From NCBI GenBank assembly GCA_963801605.1, contig CAWDFP010000006.1, forward strand, positions 736,001 through 800,000: a stretch of DNA of 64,000 nt, given 5' to 3'. Within the stretch, counting starts at the first letter, position 1; every line of letters starts with the position of its first letter. The notes below the pieces were generated by a model. It ran no database searches and had not been told where the DNA came from. It worked only from the letters and a program-made list of their open reading frames with translations. A program made the position numbers and the translations under genes. This DNA is from an uncultured candidate division Zixibacteria bacterium. Its GTDB lineage: Bacteria > Zixibacteria > MSB-5A5 > UBA10806. Below, piece by piece: positions 34,175 through 44,329 of this stretch.

Positions 34175-35062
34175 TCAATTACTTCTTAAATACGTAGATA
34201 AATTGACGTCTTTTTTTACCAAAATCAGCTTTTTCCTGATCCTCTCGCGATGCTTGTTTACGGTAAGCACCGAAATATCAAGGGCTTTGGCAACCTCTTT
34301 GGAAGTAGCGCCACCTTTTAGCAGATTACAGATATCTACCTCTCGGGGGGTAAGTTTTCCGTACGCATGCGCTATTCCTCCGGCCTCAGCCGCCATCTTC
34401 GCCAGGTCATCCTGAAGAGCATCTAAATGGTCTTTCGATAGTGTACCATCCTCGTTGACCAGTCTTTCAAGATTCGGCGCTAACACCTGATCGATAGTCT
34501 CGGCAATTTGCTTTCTATACTTGAGTTTCTCTTCTTCCAGATGGGCAAGTACCTGATTTAGGGCCGTGTTCTTTTCTTTATAGGCAAGCTCGGATCGTTT
34601 TTGTTCAGTTATATCCCTAAAACTGGCCAGAAGCAGACTTTCGCCTTTTGATCTATGAATCGTGGCGCCGACCTCGGTATAAATGAGTTTGTCATCCTTG
34701 CCTACTAACGGAATTTCACCATTATAATCCATGGAGCTTGCTAGGGATTTGGTGATTTCAGAACGAAACTTATTCCACTTCTCTTTGGAAATATAGTCCC
34801 CCAAGTCGAAGCCAACCAACTGACTATCATCATAACCAAGCATTTTACAGGCGGCTTGATTCACAGCGGCTATTTTAATTTTGTCATCTATGAGAATTAT
34901 GGGTGCCAGAACCCTATCGAAAAGGAGCCGATAATTACCCTCGGATTCCTTCGTTTTTCTGCTGTGCATCACCATACTAAGCATGATGACCCCAGCCAAT
35001 ATCAGAAAAAGGACCATAATGGAGACTATGCTCCAGACCATCTCTATTGCCGACATTTGCAT
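34175..35062 (-). CDS. Membrane-anchored PAS-LuxR(HTH) transcriptional regulator
   Basis: N-terminal TM; PAS (VNQAACKMLGY...RDITEQK); LTPREVDIC..L..G.TSKEVA..L.IS..TV..HR..IRKKL. Confidence 0.88.
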   Translation of the reverse strand: MQMSAIEMVWSIVSIMVLFLILAGVIMLSMVMHSRKTKESEGNYRLLFDRVLAPIILIDDKIKIAAVNQAACKMLGYDDSQLVGFDLGDYISKEKWNKFRSEITKSLASSMDYNGEIPLVGKDDKLIYTEVGATIHRSKGESLLLASFRDITEQKRSELAYKEKNTALNQVLAHLEEEKLKYRKQIAETIDQVLAPNLERLVNEDGTLSKDHLDALQDDLAKMAAEAGGIAHAYGKLTPREVDICNLLKGGATSKEVAKALDISVLTVNKHRERIRKKLILVKKDVNLSTYLRSN

Positions 35063-35709
35063 AAAAATCCTATCGCAAATAGTATATATGCCAAAGCATT
35101 AACTACTGAAAAGATTCCCCATAAAAGTACCAAATTGTTTTGAGCTATTAAGGGGTAGAATCCAAAATAGGCAAGGCTTCCGGATGAGTATAATAGCAAA
35201 CCTGAACAAATCCAAAAGCGCGGATCAAAAATCATTTCTCCACGATCGTCTCTCCTCAAGATAATTAGATTAAACACAGCAATCAGAGCGTAAATCATAC
35301 ACGCCAGTGAAAGGGCGAAGGAATTCAATTTAGTCATACCGCCAGATAAAACCAAACTGATGAACCAAATGACCGCAAAGCCGGCAATGCTCCATTTCAG
35401 GTACTTCTTTAACTGGATATTATCTTGCCATAACGAAAGAACCGAAACAATAAATGCATATTCAATAGGAACATATATGTTGATGAGCCACAAGACGTTA
35501 AGGTGTCTGGTGCCGCAGTAGAAGTTGTATGATTCCACGGCGACTGTAACGGCAAATAGCCAAGCCAGAAGCCTGAAGGTTCGGTCAAGGTGGGGATATC
35601 TGTATACTCCGGCTGCAAAGGGGATCAGCGGAGAAAAGGAGGACACGAAATGAAGGAAGTGCACCTGCCCCGCCCTTAAGATTTGATAAGTGGGCTGTTC
35701 ATATCGCAA
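35044..35709 (-). CDS. Polytopic membrane protein (about 7 TM)
   Basis: Multiple TM segments; N.W..NIY..IEY and P.FWI..GLL.Y..GSL motifs. Confidence 0.75.
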   Translation of the reverse strand: MRYEQPTYQILRAGQVHFLHFVSSFSPLIPFAAGVYRYPHLDRTFRLLAWLFAVTVAVESYNFYCGTRHLNVLWLINIYVPIEYAFIVSVLSLWQDNIQLKKYLKWSIAGFAVIWFISLVLSGGMTKLNSFALSLACMIYALIAVFNLIILRRDDRGEMIFDPRFWICSGLLLYSSGSLAYFGFYPLIAQNNLVLLWGIFSVVNALAYILFAIGFLCKCRQ

Positions 35710-35993
35710 AAAGGAGGGCAGGGAGTTGCTACTTCAGCGAGCTCGCCTTCGTAAATATCCTTTTCATCTTTCGTGGCGCCGACCAAAATGAAGCACTCTT
35801 CATTGTTGCTCTTTTCCCCCAGGTAAATCCTTATACCAACGCAGTTTTCCTGATCTATCAATTTTTGAATGGTTGCTTTTCCAAAAAATCCAGCTAATAA
35901 TGTCCCTGATGGTACCGATTCTCTGTATCTTTTGGTCAACTCGATAGCTTCCATCAGGCTGATACGATGATCCTCAGCTCCCGTAAATGACAT
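35676..35993 (-). CDS. Small soluble protein with a C-terminal PCPPFC motif
   Basis: AAGGAGG RBS; ISL.EA..LT..YR, CVGIRIY.G, LVG, PCPPFCD.NSPL. Confidence 0.85.
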   Translation of the reverse strand: MSFTGAEDHRISLMEAIELTKRYRESVPSGTLLAGFFGKATIQKLIDQENCVGIRIYLGEKSNNEECFILVGATKDEKDIYEGELAEVATPCPPFCDMNSPLIKS

Positions 35994-36784
35994 TGAACCT
36001 CCTTGCCGCCGATTTTAATATCAAATTCTGAATCAACTTTAGACGTTATCTATTAACAAAAAGTTAATTGGTAAACAGAATTAGTTATTCCTTAGGGTTC
36101 TTTAGCTTTTTGGTTTTAGTTTCATCGAGCCACGGGTTTTTGATCTTTGCCCGGCTAACAAAATCGGTTAAAAATAATTTTAATATTGGTCACAATATAG
36201 CATCTTAATGTTTCCGGTCAAGTTTTTTTAGGGGAGTCTTAGACGTAAAGCGTACCTAATGCCAAATATTAAAAAAACGATTCCGTTGATACATAATAAG
36301 TTAGCTTTTTATTTTGCGTAATAGGCCGTACGTAATAATAGCTATATCTTGTCGCATTGACTTTTTTCCCGGAAGAGGCTATCTACTTTCGCGTACGACG
36401 TAAGTTTTGTAATGCGGACGCAAGAGATTTGTATAAAATGCGCCTGACGAATGACTATTGAGTCGTTTGCAAATTAGTGATGCCAAAAATCAGAGGCGCC
36501 GATCAACCCCAGTATCCCAACCGCAAATAATTGATCGGCGCCTTTTGAGCATTTTTTGCCAAATAACTGTTTTTTCCAATTCCTGCCACACCTTTAAGAT
36601 CTTATTTACACAATCGCCAACCTACTTTCAAAATTTTTAATTATTAGTGGAATAAGGCAATTAAATATTGTAAAAATGGGAATTAATAAGAAATTGATCG
36701 TTATTGCGGCTAATCTTAAAAACCTGTAAAATTATTCAGATACTTGGTTTTTGCACCCACTTATTATGATTTTTCACAACAAGT

Positions 36785-36814
36785 TTGACTAAAATCTGTG
36801 TTGTATGTTAATAT
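36785..36814 (+). promoter_or_regulatory. Putative promoter of the first cytochrome operon
   Basis: TTGACT-18 nt-TAATAT with upstream TG; a TTCACAA half-site ends 5 nt before the -35. Confidence 0.45.
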
Positions 36815-36926
36815 AGAGGCATTAAGGGAACCTGGTGATTGGTTCTACTTTATGATTTGCGTCATATTTCCCTTGACGGAGCTGATAATGATGTTTAGTA
36901 TAGTTATCAAATATTTGGAGGCGATT

Positions 36927-37388
36927 GTGAAGGTATTCACATCAGCTAAATTTCCTTTACTTCTTGCTCTTCTTACTGCGCTTCTGACCTTATCATGCGA
37001 AACCGAGGTTAAGGAGTTAACTATCAGGGTAACAAGTCGTATGTACTCTAATTTCGAAGAAGAGCATAAGGTCAAGATGTACGAAAAATTTCAGATATCC
37101 GATACTGATCTTGAGGCCGTGGCGGTTGAATTCTATCCTGATTTCGATCTCGATACCCTGACGTTTAAGGCTTATTCCAAATCGGATACGTTAAATAATC
37201 CTGCCGTCAAGATTCTGATCATCAAAGGAAATGAGAAAAAAGAGGAAGCCTGGGCGTTTTTGCCGGGGCTGGTTCCGCATTTCTCACCTCGTTCTTTTAT
37301 TGGTTTTGAACTGATGGATTACAAAACTGGCAAGAAATATATAAAGCCGCTAAAACCCAGTCCTGAAAAAGGGAAGGAAAATGAATAA
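36927..37388 (+). CDS. Lipoprotein, weakly reminiscent of the ResB periplasmic region
   Basis: GGAGG RBS plus GTG at 36927; LTLSC lipobox; F.PDF...S....NNPAV.I...W.F pattern. Confidence 0.65.
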   Translation: MKVFTSAKFPLLLALLTALLTLSCETEVKELTIRVTSRMYSNFEEEHKVKMYEKFQISDTDLEAVAVEFYPDFDLDTLTFKAYSKSDTLNNPAVKILIIKGNEKKEEAWAFLPGLVPHFSPRSFIGFELMDYKTGKKYIKPLKPSPEKGKENE

Positions 37389-40300
37389 AAGGCTACTAAT
37401 CTGCATTGCGCTTCTATTTTGTTTTGGATCATCCTCCCTTTACGCGAAGCAAAAGGAATGTTACGATTGCCATCAAAAGGCAAAAAAAACCTTCGATTCG
37501 TATAAATATTCGCACGAACCTGTCAAAAGCAAAGATTGTGCGGCCTGTCATGATTCGCATGGATTTTCGCAAAAGCTTGTTCTGAAGGCATACGATAACA
37601 GCATTTGCACCAAATGCCACAAGGAATTTGCGGCGGGCTATCCTCCCAGCACGGCAACTTATGTTCATCAGCCTATGAAAGATCGCGTTTGTTGGTCTTG
37701 TCATGAGCCTCACGGCAGTAATCTTCCATCGCTGGTGCGGGTGGTAAATGACACTTTGGTTTGCTTTATATGCCATGACGACGTAGGCAATCTTCAAAAA
37801 AAGACAGTGGTACATGAGCCATTCGCAAAAAATCAATGTTCGGCCTGCCACAGTGCACATGACAGTCAAGTCGCAGGGCTTCTAAATAAAAATCAAAAGG
37901 AGCTATGCGCCGGATGTCACAGCTTAACCGATAAAGATTATTTGGCTAAACACTCAGTTACGGGTATCGATAAAATCGATTGTGTTACTTGTCACAATCC
38001 TCATGCCTCCGACAAACCAGGCCTGATCGATCCACTGGCACATGCTCCGATGGTAGAGGGTAGTTGCGAAAGTTGCCATAGTAATTTGGCCGCGGGAGAT
38101 ACCACAATTTCGACCACGCCCGGCGAACTATGTGTTACCTGCCATGATGATATTGGCAAGAAAATGGCCATGGCAACGCCTCATCCGCCGGCGGCGGGCG
38201 GAGAATGTCTAACCTGTCATTCGGCTCATAAGGGTAAAGAAAAATCGTTATTAGTATCCAAGCCCGGCGAACTATGCCTGGGATGTCATACCGAGTTCGC
38301 CGACACGTTAAAACTCGAAGGTGTCCATACTGCATTAAGAAATGGCGACTGCAATCTTTGTCATGATTCTCACGGTTCTCCCAATAAAAGCCTGGTTAAG
38401 GATACATCGGATAAACTCTGTCTCGATTGCCATACCGCCCTCAGGGATTCGATGTCTGTTGCAAAGACTCCTCATCCTGCCGTGGAGACCAAGGGATGTC
38501 TCGGTTGCCATCAACCGCATTATTCCAAAAAGATGCCCCTTTTGGTTGATGACGAGAAGCTGATTTGCTTACAATGCCATGACAATCTTAAAGAAGAGAG
38601 CAAGGCCGGAACGGTTCATATTCCGTTTATGTCGGGGCAATGCGGAGCCTGCCATAATCCGCATGGTTCATCCCAGCCTAATATGTTTCGGTCAAGCGTA
38701 CCGGCCGTTTGCGGGCGGTGCCACAATGACGTTATCCAGACTCTCTCTTTGCCGTCAACACACCCGCCTGCCAAAGAGGGTGAATGCCTTTCATGCCACA
38801 AACCGCACTCATCAGATTTTGCCAGGCTTTTAAAGGCAAATGAAAGTCAAAGCTGTGCCGAGTGCCATGGCGATCTGGATGGTAAGCTCGCCGTAAAGAA
38901 TCTTCATACGCCTGTTAAGAATGGCCAATGTACAGCTTGCCATAATCCTCATGGCGCCAAAGAGGCAAAGCTTCTGCCTGCAAGCGGGAAAGATCTTTGT
39001 TTATCATGTCATAAGGATAAAGCGGAAGAGCTGAAAAAAGCAGTGGTGCACCAGCCGGTCAAAGACGGGGAGTGTACCACCTGTCATTTAGCGCATGGAT
39101 CAAATGAGCGTAATAATCTTATTAAACCTGTCGCCGAGCTCTGTCAGGGTTGCCATGATCCCAGTATCGATAAAATTAAAACAGCCCACGGCGGATATGT
39201 TGTCCGAGGTTCCAACTGCGTTACCTGCCATAATCCTCATGCCTCCGATCAACCGAAACTCGTTAATAAAGTTCAACATGCACCGTTTGCGGAAAAAAGC
39301 TGCGATTCGTGCCATAAAGGTTTAGGCGAGGGCGGCAAGGTACAGTTAGTGGCTGAAGGCGACGCTTTATGCGCTCAATGCCACGATGAAGTCGGCAAAA
39401 TTATGGGGCAGCCGAATATTCACACGCCGATTAAAATGGGCCAGGGATGTATAAGCTGTCATGATCCGCATGCCTCGCGAAACGAGAAGATGCTTATTGA
39501 TAAGGTCCCGACGCTCTGCTACAATTGCCACAGCGATTTACAAACGAAATTCGAATCCGATAAAGCCCACTCGCCTGTTAAAGATGGCAACTGTTTAGCC
39601 TGCCATGAAAAACACAGTGGTCCAAACAAGGGACTTCTGATTACCAAGAGCACACAACTCTGTTATAGCTGCCACACAAAAGAAAAAGAAAAGTTTACTA
39701 AAGAGGTAGCTCACAAGCCGGTGGCCGAGGGAAATTGTTTCCAGTGTCACGATGCTCATTCTACCGATAACAATTTTATGTTAGTAAAGCCTGAAAGCAA
39801 GCTCTGCGTAACCTGTCATTCACTGACCACGCCGGCGTTTCAGCAAGCTCATCATAATTTCCCGATGGAGACCGCCGAATGCGCCAAGTGCCATGATCCT
39901 CATTCAACTCCGAAAGGATCGGTCGCGCTGCTTTATCCTGATCAGCATAGTCCTTTTAAGATTCGAAACTGTAATGCCTGCCATGTATCTAACAAGAGTT
40001 TCGCCACGATAAAGAGCGGTAAAGAGCTTTGCCTACAATGTCACACCAAGTCGGATGCCCTCTTTGCCAAGAAAAATGTGCACAAGGCGGTTTCGATGCC
40101 GGGCGAATGTGTCAACTGCCATTCGCCGCATACAGGATTTTCCGCAAATATCCTGTCAAAGCCGGCGGGGGATGTCTGTTTTAATTGTCACAAAAAGGCG
40201 GAATTCGAGGGTAAATTCAAACACAAACCGGCTACCGAGAACTGCTCCATTTGTCATGAAGTGCATTCATCGGATAACGCCAGCCTTTTAAATGGTGATG

Positions 40301-40497
40301 ATGAGATAAAGCTCTGTCTTAAGTGCCATAACGCCGATAAAACGCACATGCATCCCATGGGCAAGGATTATAAGGATCCGCGTAACGGGGAAAGGTTAGT
40401 CTGTACAAGTTGCCATTCGCCGCATTCGAGTAATTTTGAAAATATCCTGATGGCCGATAAACAGAGGGAGCTTTGTGTGGCCTGCCATGCTCTGTAA
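37381..40497 (+). CDS. Giant 42-heme cytochrome c built from doubled-CXXCH repeats
   Basis: Signal peptide; 42 CXXCH counted by hand in 1038 aa; repeating H.P....CxxCH.PH......L.....LCxxCH unit. Confidence 0.95.
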   Translation: MNKRLLICIALLFCFGSSSLYAKQKECYDCHQKAKKTFDSYKYSHEPVKSKDCAACHDSHGFSQKLVLKAYDNSICTKCHKEFAAGYPPSTATYVHQPMKDRVCWSCHEPHGSNLPSLVRVVNDTLVCFICHDDVGNLQKKTVVHEPFAKNQCSACHSAHDSQVAGLLNKNQKELCAGCHSLTDKDYLAKHSVTGIDKIDCVTCHNPHASDKPGLIDPLAHAPMVEGSCESCHSNLAAGDTTISTTPGELCVTCHDDIGKKMAMATPHPPAAGGECLTCHSAHKGKEKSLLVSKPGELCLGCHTEFADTLKLEGVHTALRNGDCNLCHDSHGSPNKSLVKDTSDKLCLDCHTALRDSMSVAKTPHPAVETKGCLGCHQPHYSKKMPLLVDDEKLICLQCHDNLKEESKAGTVHIPFMSGQCGACHNPHGSSQPNMFRSSVPAVCGRCHNDVIQTLSLPSTHPPAKEGECLSCHKPHSSDFARLLKANESQSCAECHGDLDGKLAVKNLHTPVKNGQCTACHNPHGAKEAKLLPASGKDLCLSCHKDKAEELKKAVVHQPVKDGECTTCHLAHGSNERNNLIKPVAELCQGCHDPSIDKIKTAHGGYVVRGSNCVTCHNPHASDQPKLVNKVQHAPFAEKSCDSCHKGLGEGGKVQLVAEGDALCAQCHDEVGKIMGQPNIHTPIKMGQGCISCHDPHASRNEKMLIDKVPTLCYNCHSDLQTKFESDKAHSPVKDGNCLACHEKHSGPNKGLLITKSTQLCYSCHTKEKEKFTKEVAHKPVAEGNCFQCHDAHSTDNNFMLVKPESKLCVTCHSLTTPAFQQAHHNFPMETAECAKCHDPHSTPKGSVALLYPDQHSPFKIRNCNACHVSNKSFATIKSGKELCLQCHTKSDALFAKKNVHKAVSMPGECVNCHSPHTGFSANILSKPAGDVCFNCHKKAEFEGKFKHKPATENCSICHEVHSSDNASLLNGDDEIKLCLKCHNADKTHMHPMGKDYKDPRNGERLVCTSCHSPHSSNFENILMADKQRELCVACHAL

Positions 40498-40503
40498 ACG
40501 CTA

Positions 40504-41031
40504 ATGCCCAATAGACGCCATCAAATCTTCGTAAGAGGAGGAGACCACCGCGGGCTGCTGGTGGGATCGATTATCCTGATTCTTGTCCTGGTAGTAGTGG
40601 CATCAGGCTTGTTTTATATTTTAGCGAACAGAAATTTGGAACAGGCCACTTACCGGGCACATTTCGAGACTTTGCGGAACACAATGCAACTGCTTCTTCC
40701 CTGGCTTCTGATAGTAAATATAATCGCGCTGATTATAGTGATAATTCTGGCTCTGTTTTTCACTCACAAGATCGCCGGACCGGCATACCATCTAATTGTT
40801 GATCTCAAAAAGGTTAAGGATGGGGATCTAACGGTGAGAACTGCATTTCGTAAAGGTGACCGCCTCAAGGAGGTAGCATCTGCAATGTCTGAAACGACCG
40901 AGAATCTGCGTTTAATCGTTGCGGATATTAAAAATGATGTTGCCAATATTTCGGAAGTTTGCGGAGACGAGAAAACCGTTAAGGAGAAACTCGAAAATCT
41001 CAATAGGACTTTGGGCAAATTAAAAACCTGA
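40504..41031 (+). CDS. 2-TM protein with HAMP domain and short coiled coil
   Basis: Two TM helices; THKIAGP...GDL....FRKGD.L.E.A. Confidence 0.8.
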   Translation: MPNRRHQIFVRGGDHRGLLVGSIILILVLVVVASGLFYILANRNLEQATYRAHFETLRNTMQLLLPWLLIVNIIALIIVIILALFFTHKIAGPAYHLIVDLKKVKDGDLTVRTAFRKGDRLKEVASAMSETTENLRLIVADIKNDVANISEVCGDEKTVKEKLENLNRTLGKLKT

Positions 41032-41586
41032 TGTGGCTGGTATTATTAGCCGTTTTGATGGCGGTAAATGAAAATTCAATTTCGCCGAATATTATGGCGG
41101 AGAATATTATCGGCCATACGGGGACGGTATTTCGGGAAAACGCCGGTTTGAAATCGGATAGCTGTACCATCTGTCACAATGACGGGGGATTTGATTTGAG
41201 CGCGACCACCAACCAACTCTGTTACCACTGCCATGACGATGTCGAATCCAAATCACTAAAGAGGTTCAAGCATACGGACGTTGTTAACCCCCAATATCCC
41301 GAGCGTAAGTTGCGAGGGATGCCATAAGCTTCACAAAGCAGGCGCGAGACCGTTACTGACTCAAAACGAAATGGAGCTTTGCCAGGGCTGCCATCCGGAA
41401 ACAAAGCAATACCTATCTCATCCGGTTGTAACCGGCTTACAGGGACAGACGATTACCGGGAGCGATGGGCGAGTTATTACCTGTGCATCACATTGTCATG
41501 ATGTTCACGGCACGGACAATAAATATTTCTGCAAATTGGAGCCGGGGCGAGAATTGTGTATTTCATGCCATAAGGATTTTGAGTAA
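41031..41586 (+). CDS. Small multiheme cytochrome c (5 CXXCH + 1 CX3CH), frameshift near 41300
   Basis: CTICH, CYHCH | CEGCH, CQGCH, CASHCH, CISCH. Confidence 0.8.
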
Positions 41587-41593
41587 GATCGAT

Positions 41594-42481
41594 ATGATTA
41601 AAGAGCGTACGAAAATTTCGCATTTTCTTATTTCGATATCTTTATTGATGTTGTTTTCCGTTTCGGCTGATGCTCAATTCAGCGAACAGCATAAAGGTTA
41701 CGCATTTGAAAACCCGGGCTTTTTAAGCATCCCCGGAGCACTATCATACGATAGCGGACGACATCGTCTGGCCATTGCCGACAAAGGCCGTCAGTTAGTT
41801 TATCTATTCGACCTCACCGATCACTCCTATCAAACCCTTGGAGCGGATAAAGAATTAGGAGAGCCTGCCGGATTGGCTTTTAGCCGTCAGGGTACATTAT
41901 TTATCGTCGAGGACAAAAGCCCTTATATCCTAAAGTTTCCATATTCAATCGATCAACCGGAAACGCTAAAATTCGGAGATAGTGGCAGCCCGATTCATCC
42001 TGGAAAGTTATTTATCAAAAACGATGGCGGTATATTAATTGCCGATAAAGACGATGCTGCCATTTATTCAATTGATTCCACCGGAGTACTTACCGGGAAG
42101 ATCACCGAAAAGTTAAGGCAGCCAGATGGAATTATGATCGATCTTTCTGGAGAAATCCTTGTGGCCGATAAAGGTGTTGACCCTATTTTGGTATATAGCT
42201 CAAAAGGTGAATTCGAGCGTAAACTCTCGCGGCCGGAATCTCCCACATCGCAGTTTAGCTTTGCCGCATCGGGGTTGGCAATTGATCAAAGCGGTTGGAT
42301 ATATACTCTGGATATGACAAGAGAGCAAATCGTTACTTTTGACCCTACCGGAGTTAATCGTTTGGAATGGGCGCCTGAAGCGCCATTTTTCCCGGAGGAT
42401 ATCGCAATTGACCGCTATAATACGATCTATGTTTCAGAGAGCGGCTCAGGCAGCGTTCGTATTTTTTCGAGGAGCAACTGA
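41594..42481 (+). CDS. Secreted NHL-repeat beta-propeller protein
   Basis: Signal peptide; P.G.A....G...VAD repeats. Confidence 0.85.
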   Translation: MIKERTKISHFLISISLLMLFSVSADAQFSEQHKGYAFENPGFLSIPGALSYDSGRHRLAIADKGRQLVYLFDLTDHSYQTLGADKELGEPAGLAFSRQGTLFIVEDKSPYILKFPYSIDQPETLKFGDSGSPIHPGKLFIKNDGGILIADKDDAAIYSIDSTGVLTGKITEKLRQPDGIMIDLSGEILVADKGVDPILVYSSKGEFERKLSRPESPTSQFSFAASGLAIDQSGWIYTLDMTREQIVTFDPTGVNRLEWAPEAPFFPEDIAIDRYNTIYVSESGSGSVRIFSRSN

Positions 42482-42483
42482 TA

Positions 42484-43356
42484 GTGCATCCGATATTGGC
42501 GGCGATAATACTCAGTGCAAACATTGGATCGTCCAGGATTGAATTTGCAGCCGTTACTCCGGGGACGATCGATGGGCTTCCTATGAATAATGCCCAATGC
42601 CTGGCAGTCAACCCGCGCACTGAGGAATTTTTGGTGGCTGACGCCCTAAACGATCGCATCCTGGTTTTTGATACCACCGGTCTGCCCGTATTTGATTTTC
42701 AGCTTGGAGCGAATCGTCATAATCCCTTTGGGATTGTAGTCGATTCATCCGATCAGATAATTGTGGGGGCGATGGATTCTCCGGTGCTTTGGATATACGA
42801 TTATAGCGGCGAGTTCGTAGATAATATCGAACTTCCCGATAGCGTATATCCGGGTAGGCTTTTAGCCTTACCAGGGGGCAATCTATTGGTTATAAACCGT
42901 TCAGGTCGGGGTGCGCTGCAAATTGATCACAGCGGGAATATCGTTTCGAAATATGAGGTATCCCGGGAAGAGTGTAAACCTTCAGGCATATGTCTCGATG
43001 CAAAAGGAAATATCATTATAGTTTCCTCGGCCGGGCCGGTTATCACTGCATTTGATCATTATGGGAAAGCGATATTTTCCTTTGGGGAACATGGCCGGGA
43101 GCCAAAAGATTTTTCCCGGCCGACAGCCGCCGCGATTGATGACCACGGCAACTATTGGATAGTTGACTCATTTAGGCATGAGTTAAAGCTTTTTGATTCC
43201 GATCATAATTTCAAGGAGGTTTTTGGACAACGCGGCACTAATAAAGGAGAGTTTTATTTCCCGGCGGATATAAAGATAACTTCAAGCGGTAAAATGGGGA
43301 TATTGGATAAGGGGTCAGGAAGGCTTCAGATATTTAGATTGAATTATGACAAATAA
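42484..43356 (+). CDS. NHL-repeat beta-propeller protein
   Basis: PFGIVVDS, FGEHG....FSRP..AAID, FGQRG...GEF..P.DI repeats. Confidence 0.88.
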   Translation: MHPILAAIILSANIGSSRIEFAAVTPGTIDGLPMNNAQCLAVNPRTEEFLVADALNDRILVFDTTGLPVFDFQLGANRHNPFGIVVDSSDQIIVGAMDSPVLWIYDYSGEFVDNIELPDSVYPGRLLALPGGNLLVINRSGRGALQIDHSGNIVSKYEVSREECKPSGICLDAKGNIIIVSSAGPVITAFDHYGKAIFSFGEHGREPKDFSRPTAAAIDDHGNYWIVDSFRHELKLFDSDHNFKEVFGQRGTNKGEFYFPADIKITSSGKMGILDKGSGRLQIFRLNYDK

Positions 43357-44329
43357 GCTAATAAAAATCGGACTTACAGTTCTATTGCTTCAGTTGCCGG
43401 CTATTGGAGGAGAATACCATCAGCAATCGGATGTTATTTGCAGCGATTGCCATACAACTCACTATAGCGAGCATGGCACGCTGCCTGAAAAGGCCGAACC
43501 GGGCGGGCCCTTCACCGAGCTTCTCCTGGTTGGGTCAATTAATAAGCTGTGTCTATCTTGTCACGATGGCACCGACCCGGCGGCTCCCGATGTGCTTTTC
43601 CCCGTGGCGATGTATAACGGATCAGGCTCCGAATACTCGGGGGCAGGCTTTTTTTCCAATGCGGACGGCGTGATTTCCGTTAATGGCCACTCTCTCGGTG
43701 TTCCGCTTGAGATTCCCGATTCTAATCCGGCGCGGACGGTGATGCTTTCCTGCATCAGTTGTCATGACGCGCATGGCACATCCAATTACCGAAATCTGGT
43801 TTTAAATCCGGATAGTTTGGGTATCGACATAAATCTTTCAATAGGCGCCGATGTTTTTGAAAATGTTCATCCTCAGAATCCGCCCGAAAGAAATGCGTCT
43901 ATCCAGGCGTATAAATCGGGCAACAGCGGATATGTCGATAAAATTACTTTATGGTGTACAGACTGTCATAACGCTCTGTCTGTGGATAATCCCGGAAATC
44001 CGCCGGCTCATTTTATGCGTCATCCGTCCGGAGTGAGTATGGATGGCGTTTCCTATCATCTGAGTCCGGCGCATTGGGTAAGCGGAGAAGGGGACGGGTT
44101 TGGATTAGCCACCGGGGATGGCCTCGAAGGAATCCCCAGGGTACGTTTCCAGTCTGAAGGGGCGACTGATTATAACACTGCGATTACGCCATCAAGAACG
44201 AATCAGGTGTTTTGTTATTCATGTCATTTTGCTCATGGCGGCCCGTATGAGGCTTCATTAGTATGGCCATATAAAACCAGCGGTGCAGCGGATATGTACT
44301 CGGGGTGTCAGCAATGTCATTACAAATAA
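43346..44329 (+). CDS. Hexaheme cytochrome c with OmcS-like motif layout (paralogue A)
   Basis: YH-x6-CSDCHTTH, LCLSCH, GH, CISCHDAHG..YRNL, WCTDCH, RHP, VFCYSCHFAHG, terminal CQQCH. Confidence 0.85.
   Translation: MTNKLIKIGLTVLLLQLPAIGGEYHQQSDVICSDCHTTHYSEHGTLPEKAEPGGPFTELLLVGSINKLCLSCHDGTDPAAPDVLFPVAMYNGSGSEYSGAGFFSNADGVISVNGHSLGVPLEIPDSNPARTVMLSCISCHDAHGTSNYRNLVLNPDSLGIDINLSIGADVFENVHPQNPPERNASIQAYKSGNSGYVDKITLWCTDCHNALSVDNPGNPPAHFMRHPSGVSMDGVSYHLSPAHWVSGEGDGFGLATGDGLEGIPRVRFQSEGATDYNTAITPSRTNQVFCYSCHFAHGGPYEASLVWPYKTSGAADMYSGCQQCHYK

Noticed and set aside
36241..36420. Cluster of CGTA/TACG words as a possible LuxR operator
   Set aside because: Short, irregularly spaced and no consistent palindrome; cannot be told from chance.
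36798..36926. Longer N-terminus given by the ORF track for the first lipoprotein
   Set aside because: It overlaps the predicted promoter; GGAGG plus GTG at 36927 gives a normal lipoprotein signal.
37381..40497. Periodic TGCCAT/TGTCAT repeats resembling a repeat array or CRISPR
   Set aside because: They are Cys-His codons of CXXCH motifs within one ORF; there are no identical 25-45 bp repeats with spacers.
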